Shown: positions 21,659 to 33,100, counted from the first letter of the whole stretch. The stretch is DNA of 62,672 nt, filler included, from 5 parts of 5 records of this genome joined end to end with filler, not necessarily neighbours in it, one strand, 5' to 3'. Numbers and translations: made by a program. Notes: a model not told the origin generated them from the sequence alone.

Positions 21659-21961
21659 TCACCCAACTGGAGCCAACAGCGACGCCATGGGCAGGATATC
21701 CCACCGGAAGCCGAGACCGGCACGAATGACAGGGTCGTCGGCACAAAGGCGCCGCGCTTCCGCCTCATCATCGGCCTCCGCAATCGCCACAGCCCAGGTC
21801 CCTTCAGGGTCCATCACCGGTCCGGCCGCAAACACGACCCCGGCGTCGACCAGGTGCCGGATATAGTCGGAATACCGGTCCATCGCTTCCAGCTCAGACG
21901 TGTTGGCATCCGCGGGGAAACTCCGGCGCGGTGGAATGAGCTTCATAAGGAAAAAGGCCAT
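21659..21961 (-). CDS. YciI family protein
   Basis: AAGPVMDPEG...EARRLCADDPVIRAG...ILPM. Confidence 0.8.
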   Translation of the reverse strand: MAFFLMKLIPPRRSFPADANTSELEAMDRYSDYIRHLVDAGVVFAAGPVMDPEGTWAVAIAEADDEAEARRLCADDPVIRAGLGFRWDILPMASLLAPVG

Positions 21962-21982
21962 TCTATCCGGCTCCTCTTCCGA

Positions 21983-22624
21983 TCAGCCCGCCCTTCGAAA
22001 AGCGCGATCCTGTTCTTCTGCGCTCATGGCGTGCTCAAGACGGCGAAGCTCCTTGGCGGCTTGAGTATTTCCAAGCCGCTCGGATTGCCGGAACCAACGC
22101 CAGGCTTTCACCAGATCCTGCGGACTTCCATGGCCACCCGCATGGGCAATACCGAGATTGAAAGCGCATCGGCTGTTTCCGAGGGCCGCCCCCCGGCTCC
22201 ACCAGTTGCGCGCAGCGGCCGGATCGGCCTCCCCGCCTTGTCCGGACATCAACATCAGTCCGAGATAGGTGATGGCGTCCGTTTCATCCTGCTGCGCGGC
22301 CCGCAGAAACAGGAACCGGGCACGGCGGTGGTCTGCCGCTCCCCCGAGACCGTGAAAGCACATAAATCCCAGATTAAACAGTCCTGTAGGGTGACCCGCG
22401 CTCGCCGCCTGGTGGTAATAGGCTCGTGCAGCGACCAGATCCTGCCGTACCACGCGTCCTGCGTGAAGCATCGCACCATAATTGTTGGCTGCAGCAATAT
22501 GGCCGGCATCGGCGGCGCGGCGCATCATGTCAGCGCCACGAAGAAGTGCGTTGCCGCCTCGGTCTGAAGCGACCAGGGTAATTGCTTCCTGAAACAAGCC
22601 CACCCCATTCATCATGAAACTCAC
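21983..22624 (-). CDS. Sel1-repeat protein
   Basis: Repeated NLG...G.GG..D...A..W/F..AA units; the start is uncertain because it lies near the contig end. Confidence 0.85.
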   Translation of the reverse strand: MSFMMNGVGLFQEAITLVASDRGGNALLRGADMMRRAADAGHIAAANNYGAMLHAGRVVRQDLVAARAYYHQAASAGHPTGLFNLGFMCFHGLGGAADHRRARFLFLRAAQQDETDAITYLGLMLMSGQGGEADPAAARNWWSRGAALGNSRCAFNLGIAHAGGHGSPQDLVKAWRWFRQSERLGNTQAAKELRRLEHAMSAEEQDRAFRRAG

Positions 22625-22634
22625 CTTATTGTGA

Positions 22635-22734
22635 NNNNNNNNNNNNNNNNNNNNNNNNNNNNNNNNNNNNNNNNNNNNTTAATTAATTAANNNNNNNNNN
22701 NNNNNNNNNNNNNNNNNNNNNNNNNNNNNNNNNN
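22635..22734. other. Artificial contig linker
   Basis: N44-TTAATTAATTAA-N44, which places stops in all six frames. Confidence 0.99.
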
Positions 22735-23027
22735 TTGGTGATGGTCATCAAGGGGCTTTCGCCCGCCTCTTCGTTCCAGATGGATTTATAGGCCGTACCG
22801 GATGTAAACGGGCGTTTGGTCAGGATGATCCCTTGCAAAAGCGGCTGCCACAGCCAGGGCGAATAATCGATCACCCGACGATCCGACAAAAACTCGCTCA
22901 GATAGCGGCGCATCGACCAATAGTCATAGTTGTCCGGCGTTCCCAGATTGGCCAGCAGAACACCCACCTTTTGTTTCGGCAAAGCGGGGTGGTCAGCATT
23001 GGCATGTGGCGGACGGGCAGGCTGCAT
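22735..23027 (-). CDS. hemH: Ferrochelatase, 5' fragment cut by the contig end
   Basis: GVLLANLGTPD...RRYLSEFLSDRRVID...YKSIWN...SPL. Confidence 0.93.
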
Positions 23028-23082
23028 GTGGGAAAATCCTAAAAGCGGTGTTCTTGGTGAAATAGACGCTTTGCCCTTGGGG

Positions 23083-23901
23083 TCAAATAGGCAGTTTTGT
23101 CTCATCGGTTTTGAGGGCATCGGCCAGCCGCTGTTGCGCCGAACCGGGGCGTAAAGGTTTGGGTTGGCTTTCGTCGGGGGCCCAGCCCGTGAGAAAGATC
23201 AGTTCGAAGGTCGCGGTGATCCGCCCCTCTGCGCCCAGATAGTTGTCTTGGTAAAGTTGCACGGCCGTTTCCATAATGCGGCGGGCGGTCGGACGGCGTA
23301 ACCGGCCAGTGAGGGCGTTGGTCTCGCCCATGCTGCGCAAATCCCGCATCAGATGCCAAGCATCGTCATATTCGACAGTGAGCGGCAGGCTGTCTGCGAC
23401 GGGCAATGCAAACCCGGCCCGTTGCAACAGCGCGCCCATGTCGCGCAGTTCCGCCATTGGCGCGATGCGCGGTGACATACCCCCGGTCACATTGGCCTCC
23501 GCCTGGCCCAGGCAGGCCCGCAATTCATGCAGGGTCTGGCCACCAAAAGCGACGGACAGGAACAACCCATCCGGCCGCAGGGCGCGGCGACATTGAATAA
23601 GCTGGCCAACCGGATCATTCGCCCAGTGCAGGGCCATGGCATGGACCAGCAGATCATAGCTGGCAGGCTCAACCGCGAGAATATCGTCATCGGCCAAAGC
23701 GGTCATGTTTGGCAGACGTGATTCCCAGAAATCAGCAAAGCCGGTGATCAATCCCATCTTGCTAAACGGCTTTTTAACCAGTTGCAGGCGATCTTCCACT
23801 TCATCGGCGGCGGTCTGGTGCAGGAACATCCCGTCCGCATTGGCGCGGGCGCGGTGAAGGTGCAGTGCCTTCAGGTCGGTAAGAACAGGATTCTGGGTCA
23901 T
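23083..23901 (-). CDS. SAM-dependent methyltransferase (NDUFAF5/BioC-like)
   Basis: ALHWANDP, LRPDGLF, TLHELR, GALLQRAGFALPVAD, LMRDLRSMGE, ATFELIFLTGWAP and QPKPLRPGSA. Confidence 0.9.
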   Translation of the reverse strand: MTQNPVLTDLKALHLHRARANADGMFLHQTAADEVEDRLQLVKKPFSKMGLITGFADFWESRLPNMTALADDDILAVEPASYDLLVHAMALHWANDPVGQLIQCRRALRPDGLFLSVAFGGQTLHELRACLGQAEANVTGGMSPRIAPMAELRDMGALLQRAGFALPVADSLPLTVEYDDAWHLMRDLRSMGETNALTGRLRRPTARRIMETAVQLYQDNYLGAEGRITATFELIFLTGWAPDESQPKPLRPGSAQQRLADALKTDETKLPI

Positions 23902-23912
23902 CCGGGGTAGAT

Positions 23913-24647
23913 ATGACGATAACAAGCAGACTTCAAACAGGGCTGAACGCCATTTATCCGCCTCGGTGCCTGGCTTGCGGTGATATTGTGGATGGCGATT
24001 TTGGTCTCTGCGGGAAATGCTGGCGCGATACCGCTTTTGTTGGCGGTATGGTCTGCAACAGCTGCGGGGTGCCTCTGCCGGGCGAGGAGGATGATGTCTC
24101 ACATCAATGTGATGCCTGTTTGTTATCGCCCCGGCCATGGGTGCAGGGGCGGTCTGCGCTCTTGTACCGTGATACTGGGCGAAATCTGGTTTTGGCGCTG
24201 AAACATGGCGACCGACAAGAGATCGCGCAGCCTGCGGGCCTATGGATGGCCAATGCGATCAAGGGGCTGGTGCCAGAGCAGGCTTTGATCGCGCCTGTAC
24301 CGCTACATTGGCAACGGATGATACAGCGCCGCTATAACCAATCGGCCCTTCTGGCCAAGGCGTTGGCAGAGCGGAGCGGGCTGTCATGGGCGCCCGATCT
24401 GTTGCAGCGGCATCGGCGCACCCGTCGTCTTGATGGTATGGACCGCGAAACCCGATACCGGACCTTGCAAGACGCCATGCGCGTGCATCCGCGGCGACGG
24501 CACCGGTTGATCGGGCGACCGGTGCTTTTGGTCGATGATGTGATGACAACAGGCGCGACGTTATCTGCTGCAACGCAGGCCTGTTTGGATGCCGGATCAG
24601 GGCCGGTCAGTGTCGTAACACTGGCGCGGGCGGTGAAAGACGCTTAA
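23913..24647 (+). CDS. comF: ComF family protein (double zinc ribbon plus PRTase)
   Basis: CxxC pairs, PVPLHW...RRYNQS and LLVDDVMTTGAT. Confidence 0.92.
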   Translation: MTITSRLQTGLNAIYPPRCLACGDIVDGDFGLCGKCWRDTAFVGGMVCNSCGVPLPGEEDDVSHQCDACLLSPRPWVQGRSALLYRDTGRNLVLALKHGDRQEIAQPAGLWMANAIKGLVPEQALIAPVPLHWQRMIQRRYNQSALLAKALAERSGLSWAPDLLQRHRRTRRLDGMDRETRYRTLQDAMRVHPRRRHRLIGRPVLLVDDVMTTGATLSAATQACLDAGSGPVSVVTLARAVKDA

Positions 24648-24684
24648 ATCCCTCTCAACAGTTTTGTTGAAAAGGGATCGGTTC

Positions 24685-24942
24685 ATGAAAACCGTCGAGA
24701 TATATACATCACCGCTTTGCGGGTTTTGCCACGCGGCCAAACGGCTTTTGAACAGTAAGGGTGTCAGCTTTGCCGAGGTGGACGTGTTGGCAAATCCGGG
24801 CCGCAAGGCAGAGATGATCCAACGCGCCAATGGTGGGCGCACCGTGCCGCAGATCTTTATCGGCGGCGATCATGTGGGCGGGTCGGATGATCTGCATGCG
24901 CTCGAACGGGCTGGCAAACTCGACTCCCTGCTTAAGGCCTGA
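24685..24942 (+). CDS. grxC: Glutaredoxin 3
   Basis: CGFC active site, TVPQIFIG and GGSDDL. Confidence 0.95.
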   Translation: MKTVEIYTSPLCGFCHAAKRLLNSKGVSFAEVDVLANPGRKAEMIQRANGGRTVPQIFIGGDHVGGSDDLHALERAGKLDSLLKA

Positions 24943-24944
24943 GC

Positions 24945-25790
24945 GTGAAATCCGCGCTGCTTCAGCTGAATGTAACGGATGATCCGGCAAAAAACCTGCC
25001 GGTGACCGTTGCGATGTTGCGCGATGCCGTGGCGCAGGGGGCAAAGTTTGTTTTGACCCCTGAGGTGACCAATTGTGTTTCCACCAGTCGCAGACACCAA
25101 CAGGATGTGTTGCAGCACGAGAGCGAGGATCAAACCCTCGCCGCGCTTCGGGAAGAGGCAGCAAAGGCGGGGATCTGGCTTTTGATCGGGTCGCTGGGCC
25201 TTAAGACCAATGACCCTGACGGACGCTTTGCCAACCGCAGCTTTCTGATTGCGCCCGATGGGGCCGTGACGGCGCGGTATGACAAGATTCACATGTTCGA
25301 TGTGCAGATCAACGAGACCGAAACATACCGCGAATCCGAAGGATACCGGCCCGGCACACAGGCCGTTGTTGCGGACACAGCTTTTGCCCGGATCGGGATG
25401 AGCGTTTGCTACGATGTGCGCTTTCCCAAATTGTATCAGGCTTTGGCCAATGCTGGCGCAGGGATCATCACGGTGCCTGCGGCTTTTTCCCCTGTGACGG
25501 GGGCGGCGCATTGGCATGCCTTGTTGCGGGCGCGGGCGATCGAAACGGGATGTTTCGTAATTGCACCCGGTCAAACCGGCACCCATGCCAGCGAAAGCCG
25601 CAAGACACGTGACACATATGGCCATTCTTTGGTCGTTTCCCCGTGGGGCGAGGTGATTCTTGACGCCGGGGAAGCGCCGGGCGTTTACAACTTTGATCTG
25701 AATATGGAAGAAGGGGAAGCGGCGCGGCGCAGGGTGCCAAGCCTGTCCAATGCCCGTGAATTTCGGCCCCCTGATCCGGTAGACCAATGA
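24945..25790 (+). CDS. Carbon-nitrogen hydrolase (Nit1/deaminated glutathione amidase-like)
   Basis: TPE, YDKIHMFDV, SVCYDVRFP, HWHALLRARAIE and GHSLVVSPWG. Confidence 0.93.
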   Translation: MKSALLQLNVTDDPAKNLPVTVAMLRDAVAQGAKFVLTPEVTNCVSTSRRHQQDVLQHESEDQTLAALREEAAKAGIWLLIGSLGLKTNDPDGRFANRSFLIAPDGAVTARYDKIHMFDVQINETETYRESEGYRPGTQAVVADTAFARIGMSVCYDVRFPKLYQALANAGAGIITVPAAFSPVTGAAHWHALLRARAIETGCFVIAPGQTGTHASESRKTRDTYGHSLVVSPWGEVILDAGEAPGVYNFDLNMEEGEAARRRVPSLSNAREFRPPDPVDQ

Positions 25791-26221
25791 CCCAAGACAA
25801 GAATGCCCTCGCCATATTGCTTTTTAGTGAACTGCTTGCTGCAGATCACGCGGTGCGGGGCAGTCTGACCAAAATCCTGCCAAAAGGCATGGAAATCTCG
25901 CATTTTTCGGTCCTGAACGTCTTGGCCTTTAAAGGCGAGGAAAGTACCCCGGCCAAGCTGGCGGAGCGGTTCAACGTGACGCGCGGGGCAATGACGAACA
26001 CCCTGAACAAACTGCAATGGGCGGGGTATATTCATGTGCGCCCGGATTGGGACGATGCCCGCCGCAAGATTGTGCAGATCAGCCCTGCCGGACGGCAGGC
26101 GCGTGATGATGCCTTTGCCGCGATCACCCCGACCATCAACAAGGTGGTTGATGATCTGGGCGAAGAACAGGCGCGGGCCGCTTTGCCAATCTTGCGCGGC
26201 ATTCGCAAGCAGCTCGCGTAA
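25787..26221 (+). CDS. MarR family transcriptional regulator
   Basis: wHTH PAKLAERFNVTRGAMTNTLNKL...DARRKIV. Confidence 0.9.
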   Translation: MTQDKNALAILLFSELLAADHAVRGSLTKILPKGMEISHFSVLNVLAFKGEESTPAKLAERFNVTRGAMTNTLNKLQWAGYIHVRPDWDDARRKIVQISPAGRQARDDAFAAITPTINKVVDDLGEEQARAALPILRGIRKQLA

Positions 26222-26223
26222 GG

Positions 26224-26970
26224 TCAGCCAGGCCGCGTGCTGGCGGTGACGTAGTTCACACTCAAATCTCTGTCCGACAGGCTCCAGCTCCAGGCGATGG
26301 GATTGAACACAAACCCTTTTCGATCCACCGGGGTCAGGCCCGCACGGGTCAAGAGGTCAAACAGTTCGTCCGGAGTGATGAATTTTGACCATTCATGGGT
26401 GCCCTTGGGCAGCCAGCGCATGATGTGTTCCGCCCCGACAATGGCCATCATATAGGATTTTGGATTGCGGTTGATCGTCGAACAGATGTGCAATCCGCCG
26501 GGCTTGAGTAGATCATGGCAAGCAGTCAGATAATCAATGGGGGAGGCAACATGTTCGACCACCTCCATATTCAACACCGCGTCAAATTGTTCGCCTGCCT
26601 CAGCCATGGCTTCGGCAGTGGTGTGGCGGTAATCAATATCGAGACCTGATTGCGCGGCATGCACCTGCGCCACGGGAATGTTGCCAGCGGCGGCATCCGC
26701 GCCCACCACATCCGCGCCCAACCGCGCCATCGGTTCGGCCAGCAGGCCACCGCCACAGCCGATATCAAGGATTCGCAAGCCCTTGAACGGCGCATTTGAT
26801 TTCAGGTCACGGTCAAACTCGCCCGCGATCTGACTGGTGATATAGTCCAACCGGCAGGGATTGAGCATGTGTAAAGGTTTGAATTTACCGTTCAAATCCC
26901 ACCATTCGGCGGCCATCGCTTCGAATTTTGCAACTTCAGCGGGGTCAACTGTTGTTTGAGGCGTTTGCAT
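26224..26970 (-). CDS. ubiG: Ubiquinone biosynthesis O-methyltransferase
   Basis: [41 protein letters not shown] and VNY. Confidence 0.96.
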   Translation of the reverse strand: MQTPQTTVDPAEVAKFEAMAAEWWDLNGKFKPLHMLNPCRLDYITSQIAGEFDRDLKSNAPFKGLRILDIGCGGGLLAEPMARLGADVVGADAAAGNIPVAQVHAAQSGLDIDYRHTTAEAMAEAGEQFDAVLNMEVVEHVASPIDYLTACHDLLKPGGLHICSTINRNPKSYMMAIVGAEHIMRWLPKGTHEWSKFITPDELFDLLTRAGLTPVDRKGFVFNPIAWSWSLSDRDLSVNYVTASTRPG

Positions 26971-27018
26971 TCCACGCTCCCTATGCTCTTGTGTTGTGAA
27001 AGACTATATAGGGCCGTG

Positions 27019-27990
27019 ATGGACAAGTATCCCGACCAAAAGCGCGCAGTGCAGTATCTTTATCCGCCCGTTGATCCGTTTGATCAGCGGATGCTGGCGG
27101 TTGGGCAAGGTCATCAGGTCTATGTTGAGCAATGCGGAAACCCTGATGGAATCCCTGTTGTGGTGCTGCATGGCGGGCCCGGCGGCGGGTGCAGCCCGTC
27201 GATGCGGCGCTATTTTGATCCCTCCGTTTACCGCGTGATCCTGTTTGATCAGCGCGGCTGTGGCCGGTCGCGGCCCCATGCGTCAGTGACCGACAATACG
27301 ACATGGCATCTGGTGGCGGATATCGAGCTGATTCGGAGCACGCTTGGCATCTCAAATTGGATCGTTTTTGGCGGGTCTTGGGGGGCAACGCTGGCCCTGA
27401 TCTATGCGCAGACCCATCCGGGCGCGGTGCGTCAATTGGTGCTGCGCGGTGTGTTCTTGATGACGCAGGCCGAGCTGGATTGGTTCTATGGCGGCGGTGC
27501 AGGCAAGTTCTGGCCTGAAGTTTGGGCGCGGTTTGTCGATCTGATCCCCGAGAACGAACGTGATGATCTGATTGCGGCCTATCACCGGCGGCTGTTTTCC
27601 GGCGATCTGCAAGTGGAGCGGCAATATGGCCGGGCGTGGTCTGCTTGGGAAAATGCACTGGCGTCGATCCATTCGGCGGGCGCGGTTCATGAAGGTCCGG
27701 CGGATTATGCCCGCGCGTTCTCGCGGCTCGAAAACCACTATTTCACCCATGCCGGGTTCCTTGAGAGTGATGGTCAGATCCTTGCCAATATGGACCGGAT
27801 CAAACACATCCCCGGCACCATCGTGCAGGGGCGGTATGACATGATCTGCCCGCCCAGCAGTGCCTATGCCTTGTCCGAAGCATGGCCGGAAAGTGAGCTG
27901 ATGATGGTGCGCAACGCCGGGCATGCCTTGTCGGAGCCGGGGATTTCAGCAGAGCTGGTGCGGACCATGGACAGGATCGCAGCGCAATGA
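27019..27990 (+). CDS. pip: Proline iminopeptidase
   Basis: HGGPGGG, FDQRGCGRS, GGSWG nucleophile, QGRYD and AGH. Confidence 0.95.
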   Translation: MDKYPDQKRAVQYLYPPVDPFDQRMLAVGQGHQVYVEQCGNPDGIPVVVLHGGPGGGCSPSMRRYFDPSVYRVILFDQRGCGRSRPHASVTDNTTWHLVADIELIRSTLGISNWIVFGGSWGATLALIYAQTHPGAVRQLVLRGVFLMTQAELDWFYGGGAGKFWPEVWARFVDLIPENERDDLIAAYHRRLFSGDLQVERQYGRAWSAWENALASIHSAGAVHEGPADYARAFSRLENHYFTHAGFLESDGQILANMDRIKHIPGTIVQGRYDMICPPSSAYALSEAWPESELMMVRNAGHALSEPGISAELVRTMDRIAAQ

Positions 27991-28844
27991 CCCGGCGGTC
28001 GCATATCGACCGGCGTGCCTTGTTCACCAGCGGTGCGGCGGCGGCGCTTTTGGCAGCGTCGGGCGTATCGGCGGCGGGGCTGCCAAAGCACGGCGGCCGG
28101 TTGCGCATGGCGTTGTCGGGTGCGGATCGCAGTGACAATTGGACGATGGGCGATGGTTTGTTCATGCAGGTCGCGCGGCAAGGGTTGGTTTTTGATACGC
28201 TGACCGAGGTCGCTGCGGATGGTACGCTGCGGCCTGAGTTGGCGGCGGATTGGCGGGCCTCCGGGGATGGCCGGATCTGGACCTTTGATCTGCGCCCGGA
28301 TGTGCGGTTTCACGATGGCAAACCTTTCACGTCGGCGGATGCTACCGCCAGTCTGGCACCGCATTTGGATGCGGATCTGGTTCCGCTTGGTCCCCATGCG
28401 CTGCAAATCCGTTTGAGGGTACCGGATGCGGGCTTGCCCCTGAGACTGGCCCAACCGGAACATGTGATTCGCTCTGCTCATGCCCCGAACAGCGGCATTG
28501 GCACGGGTCTTTATCAGGTGAAACGGTTTGAGGCGGGGCAGAGGTTATTGGCAACGCGCGTGGCACAACACTACAAGGATGGCAGCGCGGGTTGGTTTGA
28601 CGAGGTTGAATTGACGTCGATCCCATCCGAGATGGTGCGCGGGCAGGCGCTGGGCGAATATCTAGTGGATGCCGCAGACCTGCATGATGCCAGAGGGTTG
28701 GCCGGGTTCCCTGACATCGTGTTGCTGCCAGATGCCCGCGATCCGGTTCAGGCGGTCAGCGCCGATCTGGCGCAGCCTGCCCAGATCAGCAACCTGCGCC
28801 CGCTGGACAACCTGCGCGCGGCAGAGCGGTGGTGGTTTGGGTAA
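27987..28844 (+). CDS. Family-5 (peptide/nickel) ABC substrate-binding protein homologue, Tat-exported, shortened
   Basis: IDRRALF Tat motif, [26 protein letters not shown] and GTGLY; only 285 aa. Confidence 0.8.
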   Translation: MTRRSHIDRRALFTSGAAAALLAASGVSAAGLPKHGGRLRMALSGADRSDNWTMGDGLFMQVARQGLVFDTLTEVAADGTLRPELAADWRASGDGRIWTFDLRPDVRFHDGKPFTSADATASLAPHLDADLVPLGPHALQIRLRVPDAGLPLRLAQPEHVIRSAHAPNSGIGTGLYQVKRFEAGQRLLATRVAQHYKDGSAGWFDEVELTSIPSEMVRGQALGEYLVDAADLHDARGLAGFPDIVLLPDARDPVQAVSADLAQPAQISNLRPLDNLRAAERWWFG

Positions 28845-28933
28845 AGCGGCTTGCAGTTTCGCGCCCTTCCCCCTATATGCATCTCAACAGCGGCGCGTTC
28901 GGGTCCACACCAAACGCTCCACCGAAACACGAT

Positions 28934-28956
28934 ACGGGCCGCGCGCCCGTTTTTTT
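28934..28956 (+). terminator. Terminator/attenuator hairpin in the rimP-nusA leader
   Basis: ACGGGC-cgcgc-GCCCGT-TTTTTT located 22 nt upstream of the rimP ATG. Confidence 0.7.
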
Positions 28957-28978
28957 GTGCCTAATACCAAGCGAGATC

Positions 28979-29557
28979 ATGACCAACGACCTGATAGCCA
29001 AAGCCGCCATTGACCGCCGCATGGCCGAGATCATCACACCGGTGATTGAGGATCTGGGGTTTGAACTGGTGCGCGTGCGTCTGATGAGCGGCAAAACCAC
29101 AACGCTGCAGATCATGTGCGACAAGCCTGAAGGCGGGATCGAAGTGGATCATCTGAGTGACATCACACAGGCGATCGGCGCGGTGCTTGATGTCGAAGAC
29201 CCGATTGTTGAGGAATATACGCTCGAAGTGTCCTCTCCGGGGATCGACCGCCCGCTGACCCGTCTCAAAGACTTTGACATGTTCGAAGGCTATGAGGCCA
29301 AGATCGAGACAGAAGAACTGATCGACGGCCGCCGCCGCTTTAAGGGCGCGCTGGCGGGTGTTGAGGATGACGAAGTGCTGATCAACGTCGAAGAGGGCAC
29401 CATTGGCCTGAAATTCGATTGGCTGTCGGATGCCAAACTGGTTCTGACCGATGATCTGATTAAAGAAATGCTGCGCCAACGTAAGGCGTCAGGTGCAATT
29501 GACGAAACCCAATTCGATGAGATCCAGACTGATGAGTCTGCTGAGGGAGAAGACTAA
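28979..29557 (+). CDS. rimP: Ribosome maturation factor RimP
   Basis: [31 protein letters not shown] and AKLV. Confidence 0.96.
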   Translation: MTNDLIAKAAIDRRMAEIITPVIEDLGFELVRVRLMSGKTTTLQIMCDKPEGGIEVDHLSDITQAIGAVLDVEDPIVEEYTLEVSSPGIDRPLTRLKDFDMFEGYEAKIETEELIDGRRRFKGALAGVEDDEVLINVEEGTIGLKFDWLSDAKLVLTDDLIKEMLRQRKASGAIDETQFDEIQTDESAEGED

Positions 29558-29673
29558 TGGCCATTACATCTGCCAACCAGCTTGAGCTGCTTCAAACCGC
29601 CGAGGCGGTTGCCCGTGAAAAGATGATCGACCCCGGTCTGGTGGTCGAAGCGATGGAAGAATCGCTCGCCCGT
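29557..29673 (+). CDS. nusA: Transcription factor NusA, 5' fragment
   Basis: Manual translation [39 protein letters not shown] directly after rimP. Confidence 0.92.
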
Positions 29674-29773
29674 NNNNNNNNNNNNNNNNNNNNNNNNNNN
29701 NNNNNNNNNNNNNNNNNTTAATTAATTAANNNNNNNNNNNNNNNNNNNNNNNNNNNNNNNNNNNNNNNNNNNN
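29674..29773. other. Artificial contig linker
   Basis: N44-TTAATTAATTAA-N44. Confidence 0.99.
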
Positions 29774-30037
29774 TGGGCGGACCCATTGATTTCTCAAAAA
29801 GAAGCGTCCAATTTATTCAAAAAACAAGCATTTCAACGAATCCTACCCAAAACCAATATACCGTTTTCAGCGCAGAATTCCCGCTGAAAAGTGTTAAGTG
29901 CCGAATTTGTAGTTCAGGAGATGCCGAGTTTTAAGAGTCTTGGGACGTGGGTGAAAATCTCGCCTTGCTCGCTCTCAGTATATCTATAGCTCTGTCAATT
30001 CTGATGTCTGCACAATCTCTTCTGAAATCTGCCGACC

Positions 30038-30078
30038 AAAAAAAAACAGACTGCCGCCGTTGCCGGCAGCAGCCTGTT
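30038..30078 (-). terminator. Intrinsic terminator after the 1836-aa gene
   Basis: On the minus strand AACAGGCTGCTGCCG pairs with CGGCGGCAGTCTGTT, followed by a T-run. Confidence 0.8.
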
Positions 30079-30140
30079 CAGGGAGAGAAGTAAACATCTT
30101 CAAATAGCTACGCTATTAACGATGCAACAGCCTGCAAACG

Positions 30141-33100
30141 TCAGGGATTAATCAGCAATGTACTTCGTACAGGCGGCAGAGCATAGGTGCCCGGATTTGC
30201 CGCTGCTGCCTCCACGGTATACATTCCGGCCGACCAATCGGCAGTTTCCAGTCGTAGTGTAACGCCATACTGTCCCTCCGCGCGTTTAATAACGCGGCCG
30301 CGTACATCCCGCACTGTAATGTTGAGAGCCTGACTGTTCAACTCCTGGTTGCGGACCAAAATGTTAACAAAGTCATTGGCAGGGTGTGGATGTAGCGCCA
30401 TCTGCGCTGCATTGTCATTGATAGAGTGAAACCCAAGGTCGATAGATGCACGCCGCGTCTGTTGCTCACCTTTTAACATGCCTGTGATTGTCCCGTTTTC
30501 AACCTCAAACTCACCGGCAAGGAAGGTCTCGGTATAAGTTGAAATTGGATCGCTGTCATTAAAAGAAAGCTCCAGGCGGTACTGCGTTGCAGCGGGATTC
30601 AAAATGGTATACTCAACCTTTAACGCCACGTTTTTGTCAGTCCTGGGTAAATCTACATCGATCGTTGTTGAGTCATCCAGACGCCGCAGGCGCCCCTTGA
30701 CGCAACCGGAGTCAATTCCCATGACATAAAACGATAAAACGTCGCCGCTGTTAAAGTCAAACCAGTCGCTGCTTAACACATCAGGTGCCGGAAATTGTGT
30801 GTCATGTGTTAAAGTTGCACTCGCAGATGGACCGGGGCTGAAAAAGCGAATAGGTTTTGTGACAAGTGTGTTATCGACCAGAGTTGGCCAGAAGAAAATA
30901 TAAGTTGAGCAAAAGTTTCTGCATCCGGGAGCAATCAGAACCTCTTCGATGTCTCCCTCTTTTTTGTAGAAGTGCTTAGCATTGGCAACGATCTCACCTG
31001 TTGATGGTAGGTCGTATACACGGCGTGTTCGCCGGTAGTTGGCTGCATCAAATGTTAACTCGTCAATAGCGCCCAGTTGTGTGTAGCCAATATCATCCAT
31101 AGGCGGCGCAATCCGCGAATTGCGCAGACGTTCTTCCTCGGATAATTGCTCGTCTTCGTCCAGGGAACTGAAATTGCCGTGTTTAGCAATGTTTAAATGC
31201 CTGCCGTATGTCAGGGTCGCGTTTGAAGACGACGCAATGTAATTCAGTACAAAGTTGGAAGGGCCGCCATTGAGGGAGCCAAGATCTTGGGGGCTGTACA
31301 TTGTCCACCAACGCGGCAAACTAACACCATTTGTAAGGTCTGGGCGTGCAAGACTTCTATCACCTATTTCGTGAACCATGCGCACGTTCGGCAAGTGTAT
31401 CGTAGTTCTTAGTGTGTTATTGAATGTATGCTCAAAGAAATCAACTAGCTGCAGAAATATCCTGTTGTGATCGCCTTCCTCGTCATCGCGGGCCCAGGCG
31501 ACACACTCGCTAATATATTTGCCGTACGTTAATACGTTCAAATTGTCTATAGCTCCAATTTTGCGATATATCATGAGTTGTTGCGCCTGGTCACGATGCA
31601 GAACGGGGGCCACGTTAACTTGGCTGTCACAACCAGGTTCATTGCCTGGATCCAGGCGACTCAAGATCATAATTTTGTCACTATCGGTTAACTCTGCCTG
31701 TCTGCTCGTGCCACTCCATTCCAGGGTTCCATTTGCCAGGAAGTGCTCAAGCTGTTGCGTCTGAGTATTGTAGCGCAAGCGCGTATAGTAAATTTCAGAA
31801 AAAGCGGCTGGGTTTGACAGCGGCGAAGCACCTTCCTGCCAGACCAGCGCACATTCCGGATCGTTTTCAACTGTAGGCGTAGTGCTTGTTGTGATCCGCG
31901 AATAGGAGTTTAGCGCAGGGTGGCGCGCCACTATTTGGTCCGCACAGCGGTCCGGGCCCGAGCCATCAGGTGTTGCTCGAATTTTTGTGGTAGCCAGGAA
32001 TGTATTGGCTGAAGGTGTTTTAACACCTACGCCAATTCCCAAACACGATTCAGCCCAGGCGATATAGTTGTAATCGGCGGCGGCATTGATAACCGGTGTG
32101 CCCCAGGCGTCGAGTGGATTAGCATGATTTGTTAAGTCCGAGACGTCGAACGTTGCCAGGACCCTGCCTGTACTGCTGGGCGCATTCGGCGCAAACTTGT
32201 TCTCAACGATATGGATTTCGCGCTTGAGGTTGCCGTTCAGGGTCAGACAGGCATAGACAACATAAACCATGTCTTCGGCCTCACGATGCACAATCGCCGG
32301 GTGTGAGCAGTCTTCAATTCCAGCTAGTGGATTGCCGTTCTGCAGAATGATATTTGCTGAGAGTTCTGTCTCAGTTGTTTCCCATTCAATATTGGCAAAG
32401 TCGCTATCGGCAAAACCGTCCGCAGTTGCACCGCCATTAACATTCCCTGGAATGCTGGCGCGATAAAAGACGCGATCCTTGTTTTGGCCGCCGCCAACAT
32501 CCACATTTCGATGATACACTGATAGATACTGTTGATGTGTTGGGATGCCATTGACTTGCCGACGAACCGCAAGTTTGCGCTGGTTCGCATAGGCTAGTTC
32601 GCCCTTGGGGTTGTTAACCCGATCAGGTGCAAGAACTTCAATCTGGAAAAAACGTCCCTCGCCGGGCTGCATGTCCAATTCCAGAAACTTATCCTGACCA
32701 ATTACCATGTCAAGGCCTTGACTTTCGGTCCCGACCTCGCGAACGTGCAGCAGGGCATAACCGTCCTGGTGTGCATAGTTAAACTTCACACGCATGTGGC
32801 GTGATCCAACCTGATCGTACTTACTGAAATTGGCCGTAGTGGCCAGTTCATCCATCTGTGAACTTGTGATAAAGTATACCGGGTTGGCCGGTGCACCTTG
32901 AACAATCGAGTTTGTACTTGGAACATATAATCGAAAGGGATCGAGAGAAGAGAGGTTGGCACTTGTTACTAAAGCTGGATTTGTTAACCTGTTAACCACA
33001 CCAACATAATAGATTTCTTCGGTCTCACTCTCATCTTCAAGCAGCATCAAATCAAAAAAACGATTGTCACTAACCGGGTCACCGTCTGGAGATACATCTG

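Noticed and set aside
22679-22690. TTAATTAATTAA palindrome recurring four times
   Set aside because: Always centred in N-runs; it is an assembly linker, not biological. ORFs containing X that end in it are artefacts.
29864-29890. 9-bp inverted repeat TTTTCAGCG-N9-CGCTGAAAA
   Set aside because: No associated gene or second copy visible; function cannot be supported.
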